DNA of 64,000 nucleotides from Bacillota bacterium. Lineage in GTDB: Bacteria > Bacillota > Clostridia > Peptostreptococcales > Anaerovoracaceae. The DNA is taken from the NCBI GenBank assembly GCA_017445315.1, contig JAFSUI010000029.1:10015-74014 (forward strand), given 5' to 3'. Within the stretch, counting starts at the first letter, position 1; each line of letters starts with the position of its first letter. The translations under genes and the position numbers were made by a program. Below are positions 1-7,890 of the stretch, piece by piece. The notes beneath the pieces are model-generated. The model had not been told where the DNA came from. It saw nothing but the letters and a program-made list of their open reading frames with translations, and searched no databases.

Positions 1-112
1 AATGAGGAAGTCCGGTGGACTTCCGAATAGCGAGTGGTCCAAGGCGACTTGAAAAGGAACCGCAGGACGGCGGATTGCGAAGCAATACGCGTAACTCCCC
101 TTGGCAGTACCA
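1..112 (+). tRNA. 3' part of a tRNA-like sequence (Glu-like), preceded by a structured insert; 5' half lies outside the window
   Basis: 94-112 reads ACT-CCCCT-TGGCAGT-A-CCA (T-loop end, 3' T-stem strand, acceptor strand, discriminator, CCA), followed directly by a terminator. Positions 1-93 form hairpins rather than the 5' T-stem and TTCG. Isotype is inferred from memory of clostridial tRNA-Glu 3' ends. Confidence 0.5.
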
Positions 113-115
113 ACG

Positions 116-148
116 AAAAAACTTGGTTTTATAAAACCAAGTTTTTTT
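116..148. terminator. Bidirectional intrinsic terminator
   Basis: Perfect 32-bp palindrome AAAAAACTTGGTTTTATAAAACCAAGTTTTTT (116-147), with T-tracts on both strands. Confidence 0.85.
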
Positions 149-170
149 AATTTTCCCCATAGAAACCCTA

Positions 171-199
171 TTGACTTCCCCATACAACGATAGGAAAAT
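171..199 (+). promoter_or_regulatory. Putative sigma-A promoter of the toxin mRNA
   Basis: TTGACT (171-176), 17 nt, GAAAAT (194-199). The -10 is imperfect, but it places the TSS near 206-207, where the 5'-3' pairing begins. Confidence 0.45.
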
Positions 200-283
200 T
201 ATTTTTGGTGCTACCATATTCGGTAGGCGGTTAGCCCTCTAATACGGGAGGGTTGTATGCCCTCCAGAAAGGAGGTCATGCCG

Positions 284-367
284 ATGACAACTTATGAAAC
301 ACTTATGGTCGCATTGACTGCATTTGGAATAGTATTTGTCGTACTCATTGAGTATATAAAAAAGTAA
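284..367 (+). CDS. Small hydrophobic peptide, putative type I toxin (holin-like toxin type), MTTYETLMVALTAFGIVFVVLIEYIKK
   Basis: Strong SD AAGGAGGT (269-276) 7 nt before the ATG; one TM helix; KK C-terminus; structured UTRs and an antisense partner. Below the size cutoff of the ORF track. Confidence 0.85.
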   Translation: MTTYETLMVALTAFGIVFVVLIEYIKK

Positions 368-445
368 CCGTCTCTAGTAGCGAGGAAACGATTACTCTTT
401 AGTAATTTATTACCGGCTAACCGTCTATCGGTAGCACCTTTTATA
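357..445 (-). ncRNA. Putative antisense antitoxin RNA (~85-90 nt)
   Basis: Lies downstream of TTGACA-N17-TAAAAT and ends in a 12-bp stem (two G-U pairs valid only on the minus strand) followed by a U-tract. Overlaps the toxin stop codon and 3' UTR. Confidence 0.75.
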
Positions 446-450
446 CATAT

Positions 451-479
451 ATTTTACTCTTTGAGCATTCTCCTGTCAA
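451..479 (-). promoter_or_regulatory. Sigma-A promoter of the antisense RNA
   Basis: Minus strand TTGACA (479-474), 17 nt, TAAAAT (456-451). Confidence 0.8.
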
Positions 480-481
480 AC

Positions 482-1999
482 TCAGTTTTGACCCTCAAGC
501 ACATACACCCTTGTCGCAACTTCGTCTATATATTTTCTGTCGTGCGACACACTAATAATCGCTCCACCAAATCCCGCAAGCATATTACGTATCACCGGTC
601 CCGAGAGCGGTGAGAAATTACGAGTCGGTTCATCCATAATCAAAACATCAGCACCGGAAAGCGTAAGCGAAAGCAAAATAAGCTTTGCCTTTTGACCGCC
701 CGAGAGTTCTTTGATCCTTCTGCTCATATCGTCAGGAGTAAATCTGAGAGACGCAAGGCGGTTATTAATCATAACACGTTCCTCTTTACTCCCATTCTTC
801 TCCAAAAACTCCATCGGCGTCTTCTCCACATCCAGGAGTTCCTCATAGTTCTGAGGCATATACGCAACCTTGATATCCTGCCGCCTCTCGAGCTCAGTTT
901 TAATTATCTTTAGAAGCGTAGTCTTTCCTGCGCCATTCTTTCCGATAATACAAAGCTTCTCGCCACCTCTTGCTTCAATCAGAATATCCTTGGCCAAAAC
1001 TCTATCGCCTATCCTAAGCTCAGGTAACTCAAGCGACAAAAGCATCTTGCCACTTGGTATATAGGCATCATAATCAAACATCAGATTAATCTGACGTTCA
1101 AACTGCGGAATATCCGTCATATTCTCTCTTTGTTTTTCCAGCCTGCGTCCCTGTGATTTGACCGCATGCATCTTTTTCTTTAAGAGTCTTCCGCCTGCCG
1201 GGTCCCCTCGCGAAATCACATTCTGCTCGTGCTCTACCCTTTGATAAATCTTACGCCACTTTTCCTCGGCCATGCGCTGTTCGCGTCGCTCTAGCTTGGC
1301 CTTTGACTCCTGAAGTTCAAAGGTGTGCAGCCTCTCTGCAACATACTGACGATACGGCATATTGACAACCGTATGCCTGGGAAGCGTCTTATGATTTAAC
1401 TGCTCGATATGTATAACACGGTTCGCCGTATTTTCTATCAAAGTCTCATCGTGAGAAACAAATACTACTCCCTCTTTACTTTTATTGATGAAGTCTTCTA
1501 ACCACTCGAGCGTCTCCAGATCTATATCGTTTGATGGCTCATCAAGTAGTAGCACCGTAGGCCTTCCCGCAAGAATTCTCGCGAGAGACACCTTGACCTT
1601 TTCTCCACCGGAAAGCGTATTCATCTTGCGCGTGTCATAAAAAAAATCACTTGAGAGTCCAATCGATTTTGAAATCGCAGAAATTTCCGCAGGGTTAAGC
1701 TCCGCAAACTGTGGCTCTTCAAGCATAAAATCATATATGGATAGTTCAGCATCTTCAGGCGAAAGTTCCTGCGGAAGATAAGCAAGTTTCTCACCTGATA
1801 TAGCACGCTCTCCCTCTGCCTCGGCATAATCCTCTATAAGAGTAGGACTATATATCCACTTCATAAGAGTAGACTTTCCCTCGCCTTCCTCCCCGATAAT
1901 TACAATCTTATCGCCCGGATTCACAGCAAAAGAAAGCCCTTCTATTAGGACGCGATAATCTTTGTCATGTATTAACTTTAAATTCTTTATCTGTAGCAT
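482..1999 (-). CDS. ABC-F family ATP-binding protein (505 aa)
   Basis: Two ABC domains (GEEGEGKST, LSGGE, LLLDEP; GKNGAGKTT, LSGGQ, IMDEP), helical linker, no TM segments. Start reassigned to MLQIKNL at 1999. Confidence 0.9.
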   Translation of the reverse strand: MLQIKNLKLIHDKDYRVLIEGLSFAVNPGDKIVIIGEEGEGKSTLMKWIYSPTLIEDYAEAEGERAISGEKLAYLPQELSPEDAELSIYDFMLEEPQFAELNPAEISAISKSIGLSSDFFYDTRKMNTLSGGEKVKVSLARILAGRPTVLLLDEPSNDIDLETLEWLEDFINKSKEGVVFVSHDETLIENTANRVIHIEQLNHKTLPRHTVVNMPYRQYVAERLHTFELQESKAKLERREQRMAEEKWRKIYQRVEHEQNVISRGDPAGGRLLKKKMHAVKSQGRRLEKQRENMTDIPQFERQINLMFDYDAYIPSGKMLLSLELPELRIGDRVLAKDILIEARGGEKLCIIGKNGAGKTTLLKIIKTELERRQDIKVAYMPQNYEELLDVEKTPMEFLEKNGSKEERVMINNRLASLRFTPDDMSRRIKELSGGQKAKLILLSLTLSGADVLIMDEPTRNFSPLSGPVIRNMLAGFGGAIISVSHDRKYIDEVATRVYVLEGQN

Positions 2000-2005
2000 G
2001 CTTTT

Positions 2006-2057
2006 AGTATATGGTTTTAGAGCACAAGATGTCAAACCGCGCTTCTTGTGGTAGAAT
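2006..2057. promoter_or_regulatory. Divergent promoters, both with leaderless geometry
   Basis: Minus: TTGACA (2035-2030), N18, TATACT (2011-2006), 6 nt, ATG. Plus: TGnTAGAAT (2049-2057), 6 nt, ATG 2064. Confidence 0.7.
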
Positions 2058-2063
2058 GCCAAT

Positions 2064-3056
2064 ATGCAAATCAATGACATCAGAGAATCAAGAATAAATA
2101 TGCTCGGTCCGTGGCTCACGCGCGAGTTTGGAGAGAAAACCGTTAAGCTTTCGCTCGACGGTGATTTTACATGTCCAAATAGAGATGGAACCTGTGGAAC
2201 AGGAGGATGCAGTTTCTGTTCGGAACGCGGATCCGGCGATAATGCCTCTATGTATAACGGAATCACACAGAAGGCAATATCTGACCAAATAGCCCTGCTC
2301 TCCGATAAATGGCCTACTGCCAAAAGTTTCATCGCTTATTTCCAAAACTATACCGGTACCTATGCACCTACAGAAAAACTGAGTGAGCTCTATTACTCTG
2401 CTCTCGCTCAGCCCGGAGTCCGTGGCCTCGCAATTGCAACCCGCCCGGACTGCCTTCCCGAAGAAACCCTAGACCTGCTTGAAGAGATAAATAAAAAACA
2501 CTTCCTCTGGGTTGAACTTGGGCTTCAGACGACAAACGACAAAAGCGCAGAGGCCTTTGGACGCGGATATAAGACAGAAGTCTATCATAAGGCCGTAGAG
2601 GAACTGAACAAGAGAAACATACGGATTGTCACTCATCTTCTACTTGGACTTCCGGGTGAAACCAGAGAAGATATGATGAGGTCGCTTATGGACGTGATAC
2701 GCACCCCTCATAACCACCCTGTCGAACTCGCAGACACAAATACCCGCGACACCATATCACAGCATTCCCACATCTGGGGTCTCAAATTCCATCTCCTAAA
2801 TATTGTAAGAGGCACGCGTCTTGCGGAAGAGATGCCCGACTATATGCCCTTTGGTTCTCCTGAAGAATACGCATCCCTGGTATGCGATCTTCTTGAATTA
2901 ACTCCGCCTGAGGTAGTTATTCACCGACTCTCTGCGGATTCACCAAAGGACCTACTCATTGCGCCAAAATGGGCATACAGAAAACGCCTTGTTATTAATA
3001 CCATCAACCTAGAGATGGTAAATCGAAACGCATTCCAGGGCGACAAAACTAAATAG
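2064..3056 (+). CDS. TIGR01212-type radical SAM protein (YhcC/YtqA family)
   Basis: FTCPNRDG..GGCSFC, YFQNYTGTY, IATRPDCL, VELGLQT. Confidence 0.9.
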   Translation: MQINDIRESRINMLGPWLTREFGEKTVKLSLDGDFTCPNRDGTCGTGGCSFCSERGSGDNASMYNGITQKAISDQIALLSDKWPTAKSFIAYFQNYTGTYAPTEKLSELYYSALAQPGVRGLAIATRPDCLPEETLDLLEEINKKHFLWVELGLQTTNDKSAEAFGRGYKTEVYHKAVEELNKRNIRIVTHLLLGLPGETREDMMRSLMDVIRTPHNHPVELADTNTRDTISQHSHIWGLKFHLLNIVRGTRLAEEMPDYMPFGSPEEYASLVCDLLELTPPEVVIHRLSADSPKDLLIAPKWAYRKRLVINTINLEMVNRNAFQGDKTK

Positions 3057-3111
3057 CATATCGCAAATATCCAATAGTTAAAAGTACACTGGCTAAAACA
3101 TAAAAGCATTA

Positions 3112-3141
3112 AAAAATGGATGCGGGCGCGCATCCATTTTT
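3112..3141. terminator. Bidirectional terminator between convergent genes
   Basis: AAAAATGGATGCG-ggcg-CGCATCCATTTTT. Confidence 0.85.
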
Positions 3142-3203
3142 ATTCTCCAATCCGCAAGGCAATTCCGCTAGGCATATTGCCAACATGCGAGATTTTTGAC
3201 GTA

Positions 3204-4070
3204 TTATGCAAGGTTCAGCTTTTTGCTGAGCAGATAGTTAGTTGCAAAGAATCCGCCGACAGTTACCGCAAGCTGTGTGAAGATTGCCGTCCACACATTT
3301 GTGTTCATCATTCTTCCAAACTCGTAAGTAAATGCATCCGTGTCTGCATATTCCAGCGCATTTGTTAACTGCATTCCGCTCACAACACTTGTAATCGTTA
3401 GTACGATTGAAAGTACTATTCCTATTCCTACATAAGCAAGGATAGAGAAGAGGAATTTATGATTGTTGGCAAGGTTTCCGATAGCCATACTCACATAGTA
3501 TGTCATTATGCTACTTACCGTAGAAATAAGCATCAGAACAACAAATGACCATCCGCTAAATCCTATTTCTCTAAATGACATTCTTATGATTCCAATGATT
3601 TCTCTCAGGCTGGTATTTCTAAGCATCTCCGTGATGATGCCTGATGAGAATCCAAGCACAAGTGTAGAGACTACTATTACAGCAAAGGCTATAAGCATCC
3701 AGCAGCAGGCTGTAATAAGTTTGCTGAGTATAAGGCTACTTGTCTTAACCGGAAGTGTATGCATTAGATACCCTTCTCCACCAAGCATATTCTTATAGAA
3801 CCTCATGATGATAACTATCGTAGTAGTTATAATAATTGCATATATCAAGAGAAAATATATAAGCGCAAATGCACTTGTCACTATGGTCATGAATATGCCC
3901 ATTGTTTGATTTGACTGAACCCCTGCAGGCATAAGGTCGAGACCCCCAAGGTCAACATTGGCTCTTATAATGAGTCCCAAAAGGAGTGCAACTATTATAA
4001 GTCCGCCATATAGGAACCAAAGCACCCTGCTGGTTGACTTGAATTCATATTTTAATAATTTCCCCAGCAT
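3204..4070 (-). CDS. ABC transporter permease
   Basis: About 6 TM helices, MLGKLLKYEFK start, GYLMHTLPV motif; downstream of an ABC ATPase. Confidence 0.85.
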   Translation of the reverse strand: MLGKLLKYEFKSTSRVLWFLYGGLIIVALLLGLIIRANVDLGGLDLMPAGVQSNQTMGIFMTIVTSAFALIYFLLIYAIIITTTIVIIMRFYKNMLGGEGYLMHTLPVKTSSLILSKLITACCWMLIAFAVIVVSTLVLGFSSGIITEMLRNTSLREIIGIIRMSFREIGFSGWSFVVLMLISTVSSIMTYYVSMAIGNLANNHKFLFSILAYVGIGIVLSIVLTITSVVSGMQLTNALEYADTDAFTYEFGRMMNTNVWTAIFTQLAVTVGGFFATNYLLSKKLNLA

Positions 4071-4762
4071 TTGAATACCTCCCTGAAATACTCATCTACG
4101 GATTTGCCTTCATTTTCACGAATGTCATCCACCGTTCTGTGAGCCAAAATTACGCCATTGTTTATGAGAACCGCTTCATCAAGCATTCTCTCTACGTCTG
4201 AGATAAGATGTGTGGATATAACCACAAGTGCATCCTCAGAATAATTGTTTATTATGGTGTCTAGGATATAATCTCTTGCAGCAGGATCAACTCCTCCGAT
4301 AGGTTCATCCAAGAAATAAATTCTTGCTCTCCTGCTCATTGCAAGGATCAGCTGCACCTTTTCCTTTGTGCCCTTTGAAAGCGTCTTGAGCGGTGCATTA
4401 CCCGGTACATTCAATCTGCTAAGCATATCGTATGCTTTAGCCTTATCAAAGTCCGGATAAAAATCGCTGAACATATTTACAAGACCGTTCACATCCATCC
4501 AGTCCATCAGATAGTTAGCATCCGGTAGGTATGAAACAAACTGTTTTGTCTCCGGACCCGGCTTTTTTCCGTCCAGAAGGATTTGTCCTGCGGTTGGCTG
4601 AATTAATCCGTTTGCTAGCTTAAGCAAAGTTGTTTTGCCGCTCCCGTTTGGTCCAAGAAGTCCCACGATGCGGCCTGTCCCGAGACTAAAGTTTACGCCA
4701 TTAAGCGCAATCAGTCCGTTAAATGATTTGGTCAGATCATGACACTCCATTATCACGCTCAT
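4052..4762 (-). CDS. ABC transporter ATP-binding protein (YtrB/YhcG-like)
   Basis: GPNGSGKTT, LSKG signature, DEPIGGVD. Confidence 0.9.
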   Translation of the reverse strand: MSVIMECHDLTKSFNGLIALNGVNFSLGTGRIVGLLGPNGSGKTTLLKLANGLIQPTAGQILLDGKKPGPETKQFVSYLPDANYLMDWMDVNGLVNMFSDFYPDFDKAKAYDMLSRLNVPGNAPLKTLSKGTKEKVQLILAMSRRARIYFLDEPIGGVDPAARDYILDTIINNYSEDALVVISTHLISDVERMLDEAVLINNGVILAHRTVDDIRENEGKSVDEYFREVFKCWGNY

Positions 4763-5117
4763 CACTATTCCTCCTAATTATTTCTATTACGTCCTCTTTT
4801 TCAATACCCAGTTTTTCCATCTCGGCAAGCAGTCTGTCAACCGCTTGGTTTGCCATTCTCTTTTTTACATCATGGATCATGTCTTGATTCTCCGTGACAA
4901 ACTTTCCGCTGGTTCGCTGAGTTGTAATCATTCCTGTTCTCTCTAGCTCCATCAAAGCTCGCTGCATGGTATTTGGGTTAACGCCCGCTTCACTTGCAAG
5001 ATCCCTTACGGAATCAAGTCTGCTCCCTGCAGGATAAACCCCTGTAACGATTCTTCTCAGAATCACCTCTACCAGCTGGCTATAGATGGAACGATTGCCA
5101 TCCAGTTCCCACGCCAC
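4737..5117 (-). CDS. GntR family regulator, YtrA subfamily
   Basis: wHTH SVRDLASEAGVNPNTMQRA; short C-terminal domain; heads the ABC operon. Confidence 0.9.
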   Translation of the reverse strand: MAWELDGNRSIYSQLVEVILRRIVTGVYPAGSRLDSVRDLASEAGVNPNTMQRALMELERTGMITTQRTSGKFVTENQDMIHDVKKRMANQAVDRLLAEMEKLGIEKEDVIEIIRRNSDERDNGVS

Positions 5118-5171
5118 AGGTATTTCCTCCCTTCATGCTATATTTCTTAACTAATTGTATTATTTGATTAC

Positions 5172-5225
5172 TGTATTAGTTGCTTAATACAATCATACTA
5201 TACACCCTCCTCTTATCCATGTCAA
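5172..5225 (-). promoter_or_regulatory. Promoter plus YtrA-type operator
   Basis: TTGACA (5225-5220), N17, TATAGT (5202-5197). Inverted repeat TGTATTA-N6-TAATACA (5172-5191) lies at the predicted TSS. Confidence 0.7.
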
Positions 5226-5234
5226 CACCTAAAT

Positions 5235-5264
5235 AAAAAAACCGAGCAATTATTGCTCGGCTTT
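5235..5264 (-). terminator. Intrinsic terminator
   Basis: CCGAGCAAT/ATTGCTCGG hairpin plus T7 on the minus strand. Confidence 0.8.
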
Positions 5265-5266
5265 GT

Positions 5267-6475
5267 CTATCTCCATGGATTGTTCGGATCCGGATCTGTT
5301 GGATCCCAGCCTCTGTAGTCGCTATCAGGCTCAAGATGATAGGTGCCCGGCTGTCCCAAAGGACCGGGGTTTTGATAATCATCATAAAACAAGATTTCCG
5401 TACCTGAACCAACATTGTCGTAAATCCACTTTGCGTCCTCAACCGTTAGCCATACGCTTCCGTATGTCTCGCTATTGGATCCCAGCTTGTTATAGTCTTC
5501 CCACCTAAGGTCCGCTGGATTCTGACTATTATAGGGAACGGACTGGATAAGTGTTCCGGGAGCAAACTGCGTAGCGTACTGCGCATAGACGTCACCATAG
5601 GTCCCGACCCACGGCCATTTTGCTCCTGTATAATACCTGCCAAGTTCAATATTGGAAGGAGCCACACATATCATCGCCTTAAACGGCACCGAATATCTGG
5701 CATCCTCACCTGCGGTGTAAATAGTAATCGCATTATAGGCTCTGTTTATCCTTATTTGATAAGGTTTTCCGTTAAACTCGCTGTCCATCCTATCTGAATC
5801 AGTTCCCTCGGAATCGTCATCCGGTTCCGGTTCAGGTTCAGGAGGTTTTTCTGCGATAACCACTTCAAACTCAGAAAAAGACTCATTTCCGTTTCTATCC
5901 ATAGCAGAAACCTTTACAGTATATGTTCCGCTCTTTTCTTTTTCTATTTCAGATTCGACAAAATACTTGCCCTTGGAAAGTTCATCGGATTCCTCAAGCT
6001 TTCCGTCAATCGGATCTCTAACTGACAAGACATTGCTCGATGGATCAAAGCTAGCGCCCCACTCCAGCTCTATTTTTTCTTTTTTAAGTTCTATTACAGG
6101 AAGCACAGTATCGATAACTTCGTATTTTACGGTCTCGCTGTTAGAAAAATCTCTGCCAAACTTGTCCTTGGTGGTCATCAAATAAGTAACTTCCGTTACA
6201 CCAACTTTGCTACAGTCTATCTCATCTATATCCACAAAAAGCTCTCCTCCGTGCTCGGTAACCAAGTCTCGGGTTTTAATAACATCATAACCGTACTCAA
6301 ATACACGCTTTGGTTCGCCCTCTTCCTCTTCAAATGAAATCGTGAGGCTTCTTATAGCTTCGGCCGAAGCGGTAGATCGCTCAGTGCGGTAATCGTTCCA
6401 ATATTTAAACCCAATAAGCATCCCGATTATGAGAAGCGTTGAGGCTATTATTTCAAATACATTTTTCTTTTTCAT
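5267..6475 (-). CDS. Membrane-anchored L,D-transpeptidase-like (YkuD) protein with Ig-like domains; catalytic residues substituted
   Basis: N-terminal TM; DTVLPVI and DPIDG Ig-like repeats; C-terminal YkuD-like domain (YNKLG..LTVEDAKWIYDN; WDPTDP) with IQSVPY and YGSVWL in place of FHSVPY and GCVRL. Confidence 0.8.
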   Translation of the reverse strand: MKKKNVFEIIASTLLIIGMLIGFKYWNDYRTERSTASAEAIRSLTISFEEEEGEPKRVFEYGYDVIKTRDLVTEHGGELFVDIDEIDCSKVGVTEVTYLMTTKDKFGRDFSNSETVKYEVIDTVLPVIELKKEKIELEWGASFDPSSNVLSVRDPIDGKLEESDELSKGKYFVESEIEKEKSGTYTVKVSAMDRNGNESFSEFEVVIAEKPPEPEPEPDDDSEGTDSDRMDSEFNGKPYQIRINRAYNAITIYTAGEDARYSVPFKAMICVAPSNIELGRYYTGAKWPWVGTYGDVYAQYATQFAPGTLIQSVPYNSQNPADLRWEDYNKLGSNSETYGSVWLTVEDAKWIYDNVGSGTEILFYDDYQNPGPLGQPGTYHLEPDSDYRGWDPTDPDPNNPWR

Positions 6476-6519
6476 GCCTAAACTGAACTAAGTCGGTTTT
6501 CTTTCCTAAAAATATAATA

Positions 6520-6542
6520 GGTGCAGGAGAGATGCCTGCACC
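6520..6542 (-). terminator. Probable terminator after telA
   Basis: GGTGCAGG/CCTGCACC stem with an AT-rich tail. Confidence 0.55.
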
Positions 6543-6555
6543 CGTTACCAATAAA

Positions 6556-7797
6556 TTAGCTATTGATTTCTTTAGCAGCATCGAGGAGTTTTTGTCTAAG
6601 CTGTCCTTCGATAAGCTTGAGTTCTTCCTCTGCCTGCTCTCTCTTTTCTCTTCCCTCTCTCTGAATATTGAGAACTTCATCAAGCGTATTGATAAGAGAT
6701 TCGTTTGTGTATTTAAGTGTTTCTATATCAACTATGCCGCGCTCTGCTTCCTTTGCTGTCTCAACAGTAGCCATATGTAGAGACTCTGCATTCTTCTTAA
6801 GAAGCTCGTTGGTCATCTCGCTAACTTCGTGCTGAGCCTGAGCTGCCTGAACAGAGTGCTCGACTCCCATAGCGATAACCATCTGGTTCTTCCAAAGCGG
6901 AATTGTATTAACGATTGTTGACTGAATCTTTTCAGCCATCAGGTTGTCAGAAGCCTGTACCATTCTGATCTGTGGAGCAGTCTGCATTGCTACTGTTCTT
7001 GTAAGTTCAAGATCATAGAGCTTCTTCTCAAATCTCTCACACTGTGTAGCAATGTCCTTTGCTGCCTGAGCATCTTCCGGAAGTCCGGATGCTTCAGCCT
7101 TTGCCTGAAGGTCTGCAAGCTCTCCTGCCTTTACTTCTTCAAGCTTCTGCTGTCCTGCAACAATATACATTGTGAGCTCTCTGAAGTAGTTCATATTGAG
7201 TTCATACATTCTGTCGAGCATAGCGCTGTCCTTCATGAGAAGAACCTGTCTCTCTTCAAGAGCGTTCTTGATTGCACTTACGTTTGTCTCAACCTTGTTG
7301 TATTTAGCCTTGAGGTTCTCAAGGTTGTTTGCTTTTTTCTTGAAGAAACCGAGGATCCCCTTCTTTTCTTCTTCATCAAAATTCTTGAGCTCTCCTACAA
7401 GCGAAGTAATCATTGTTCCTACTTCACCCATATCCTTTGTCTTTACGTTCTCAAGAGCCTTTTCAGAGAAGTCAGCAATCTTCTTCTGTGTTCCTGCACC
7501 ATAGTTCATAATAGCCTGAGTATTGTTAATATCTATCTTCTTAACAAAATCTCTGACCTGCTGCATTTCTTTTTCCGTAAGCGTTTCAGCCGGATCGATT
7601 GGCGGAGCAGAAGGTGCTGCCTCAACGATTTCTACTGACTCAGTAGGAATATCCACAACGTCAGCCTCCTTGAACATATCAGCAACCTGAGCTTCAGCTT
7701 CAGCAATCTTGTCGCTTACTGTATCAACAGGCGCTTCCTCTACATCAAAAGTAAGTTCCGGTGCCTCTACGTTGAAATCATCAAACTTATCTGCCAT
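6556..7797 (-). CDS. telA: Toxic anion resistance protein (TelA/YaaN family)
   Basis: QTAPQIRMVQ..KIQSTIVNTIPLWKNQ, ERGIVDIETLK; start set at MADKF, after SD GGAGG. Confidence 0.9.
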   Translation of the reverse strand: MADKFDDFNVEAPELTFDVEEAPVDTVSDKIAEAEAQVADMFKEADVVDIPTESVEIVEAAPSAPPIDPAETLTEKEMQQVRDFVKKIDINNTQAIMNYGAGTQKKIADFSEKALENVKTKDMGEVGTMITSLVGELKNFDEEEKKGILGFFKKKANNLENLKAKYNKVETNVSAIKNALEERQVLLMKDSAMLDRMYELNMNYFRELTMYIVAGQQKLEEVKAGELADLQAKAEASGLPEDAQAAKDIATQCERFEKKLYDLELTRTVAMQTAPQIRMVQASDNLMAEKIQSTIVNTIPLWKNQMVIAMGVEHSVQAAQAQHEVSEMTNELLKKNAESLHMATVETAKEAERGIVDIETLKYTNESLINTLDEVLNIQREGREKREQAEEELKLIEGQLRQKLLDAAKEINS

Positions 7798-7890
7798 GTA
7801 ATCCTCCATTTTGACCCATATAACTCAAGCACGGCTTTCTCGCGCTCGCAACCAATATATTATACCATAATATTGGCTATTTATTATTAA

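Noticed and set aside
113-2000. Genomic island or prophage downstream of the tRNA-like end
   Set aside because: No integrase, phage or transfer genes and no second att copy were seen; ordinary chromosomal genes follow the TA locus.
2000-2332. 111-aa N-terminal extension of the ABC-F ORF in the track
   Set aside because: It overlaps the divergent radical SAM gene and its promoter; ABC homology and a promoter both point to the ATG at 1999.
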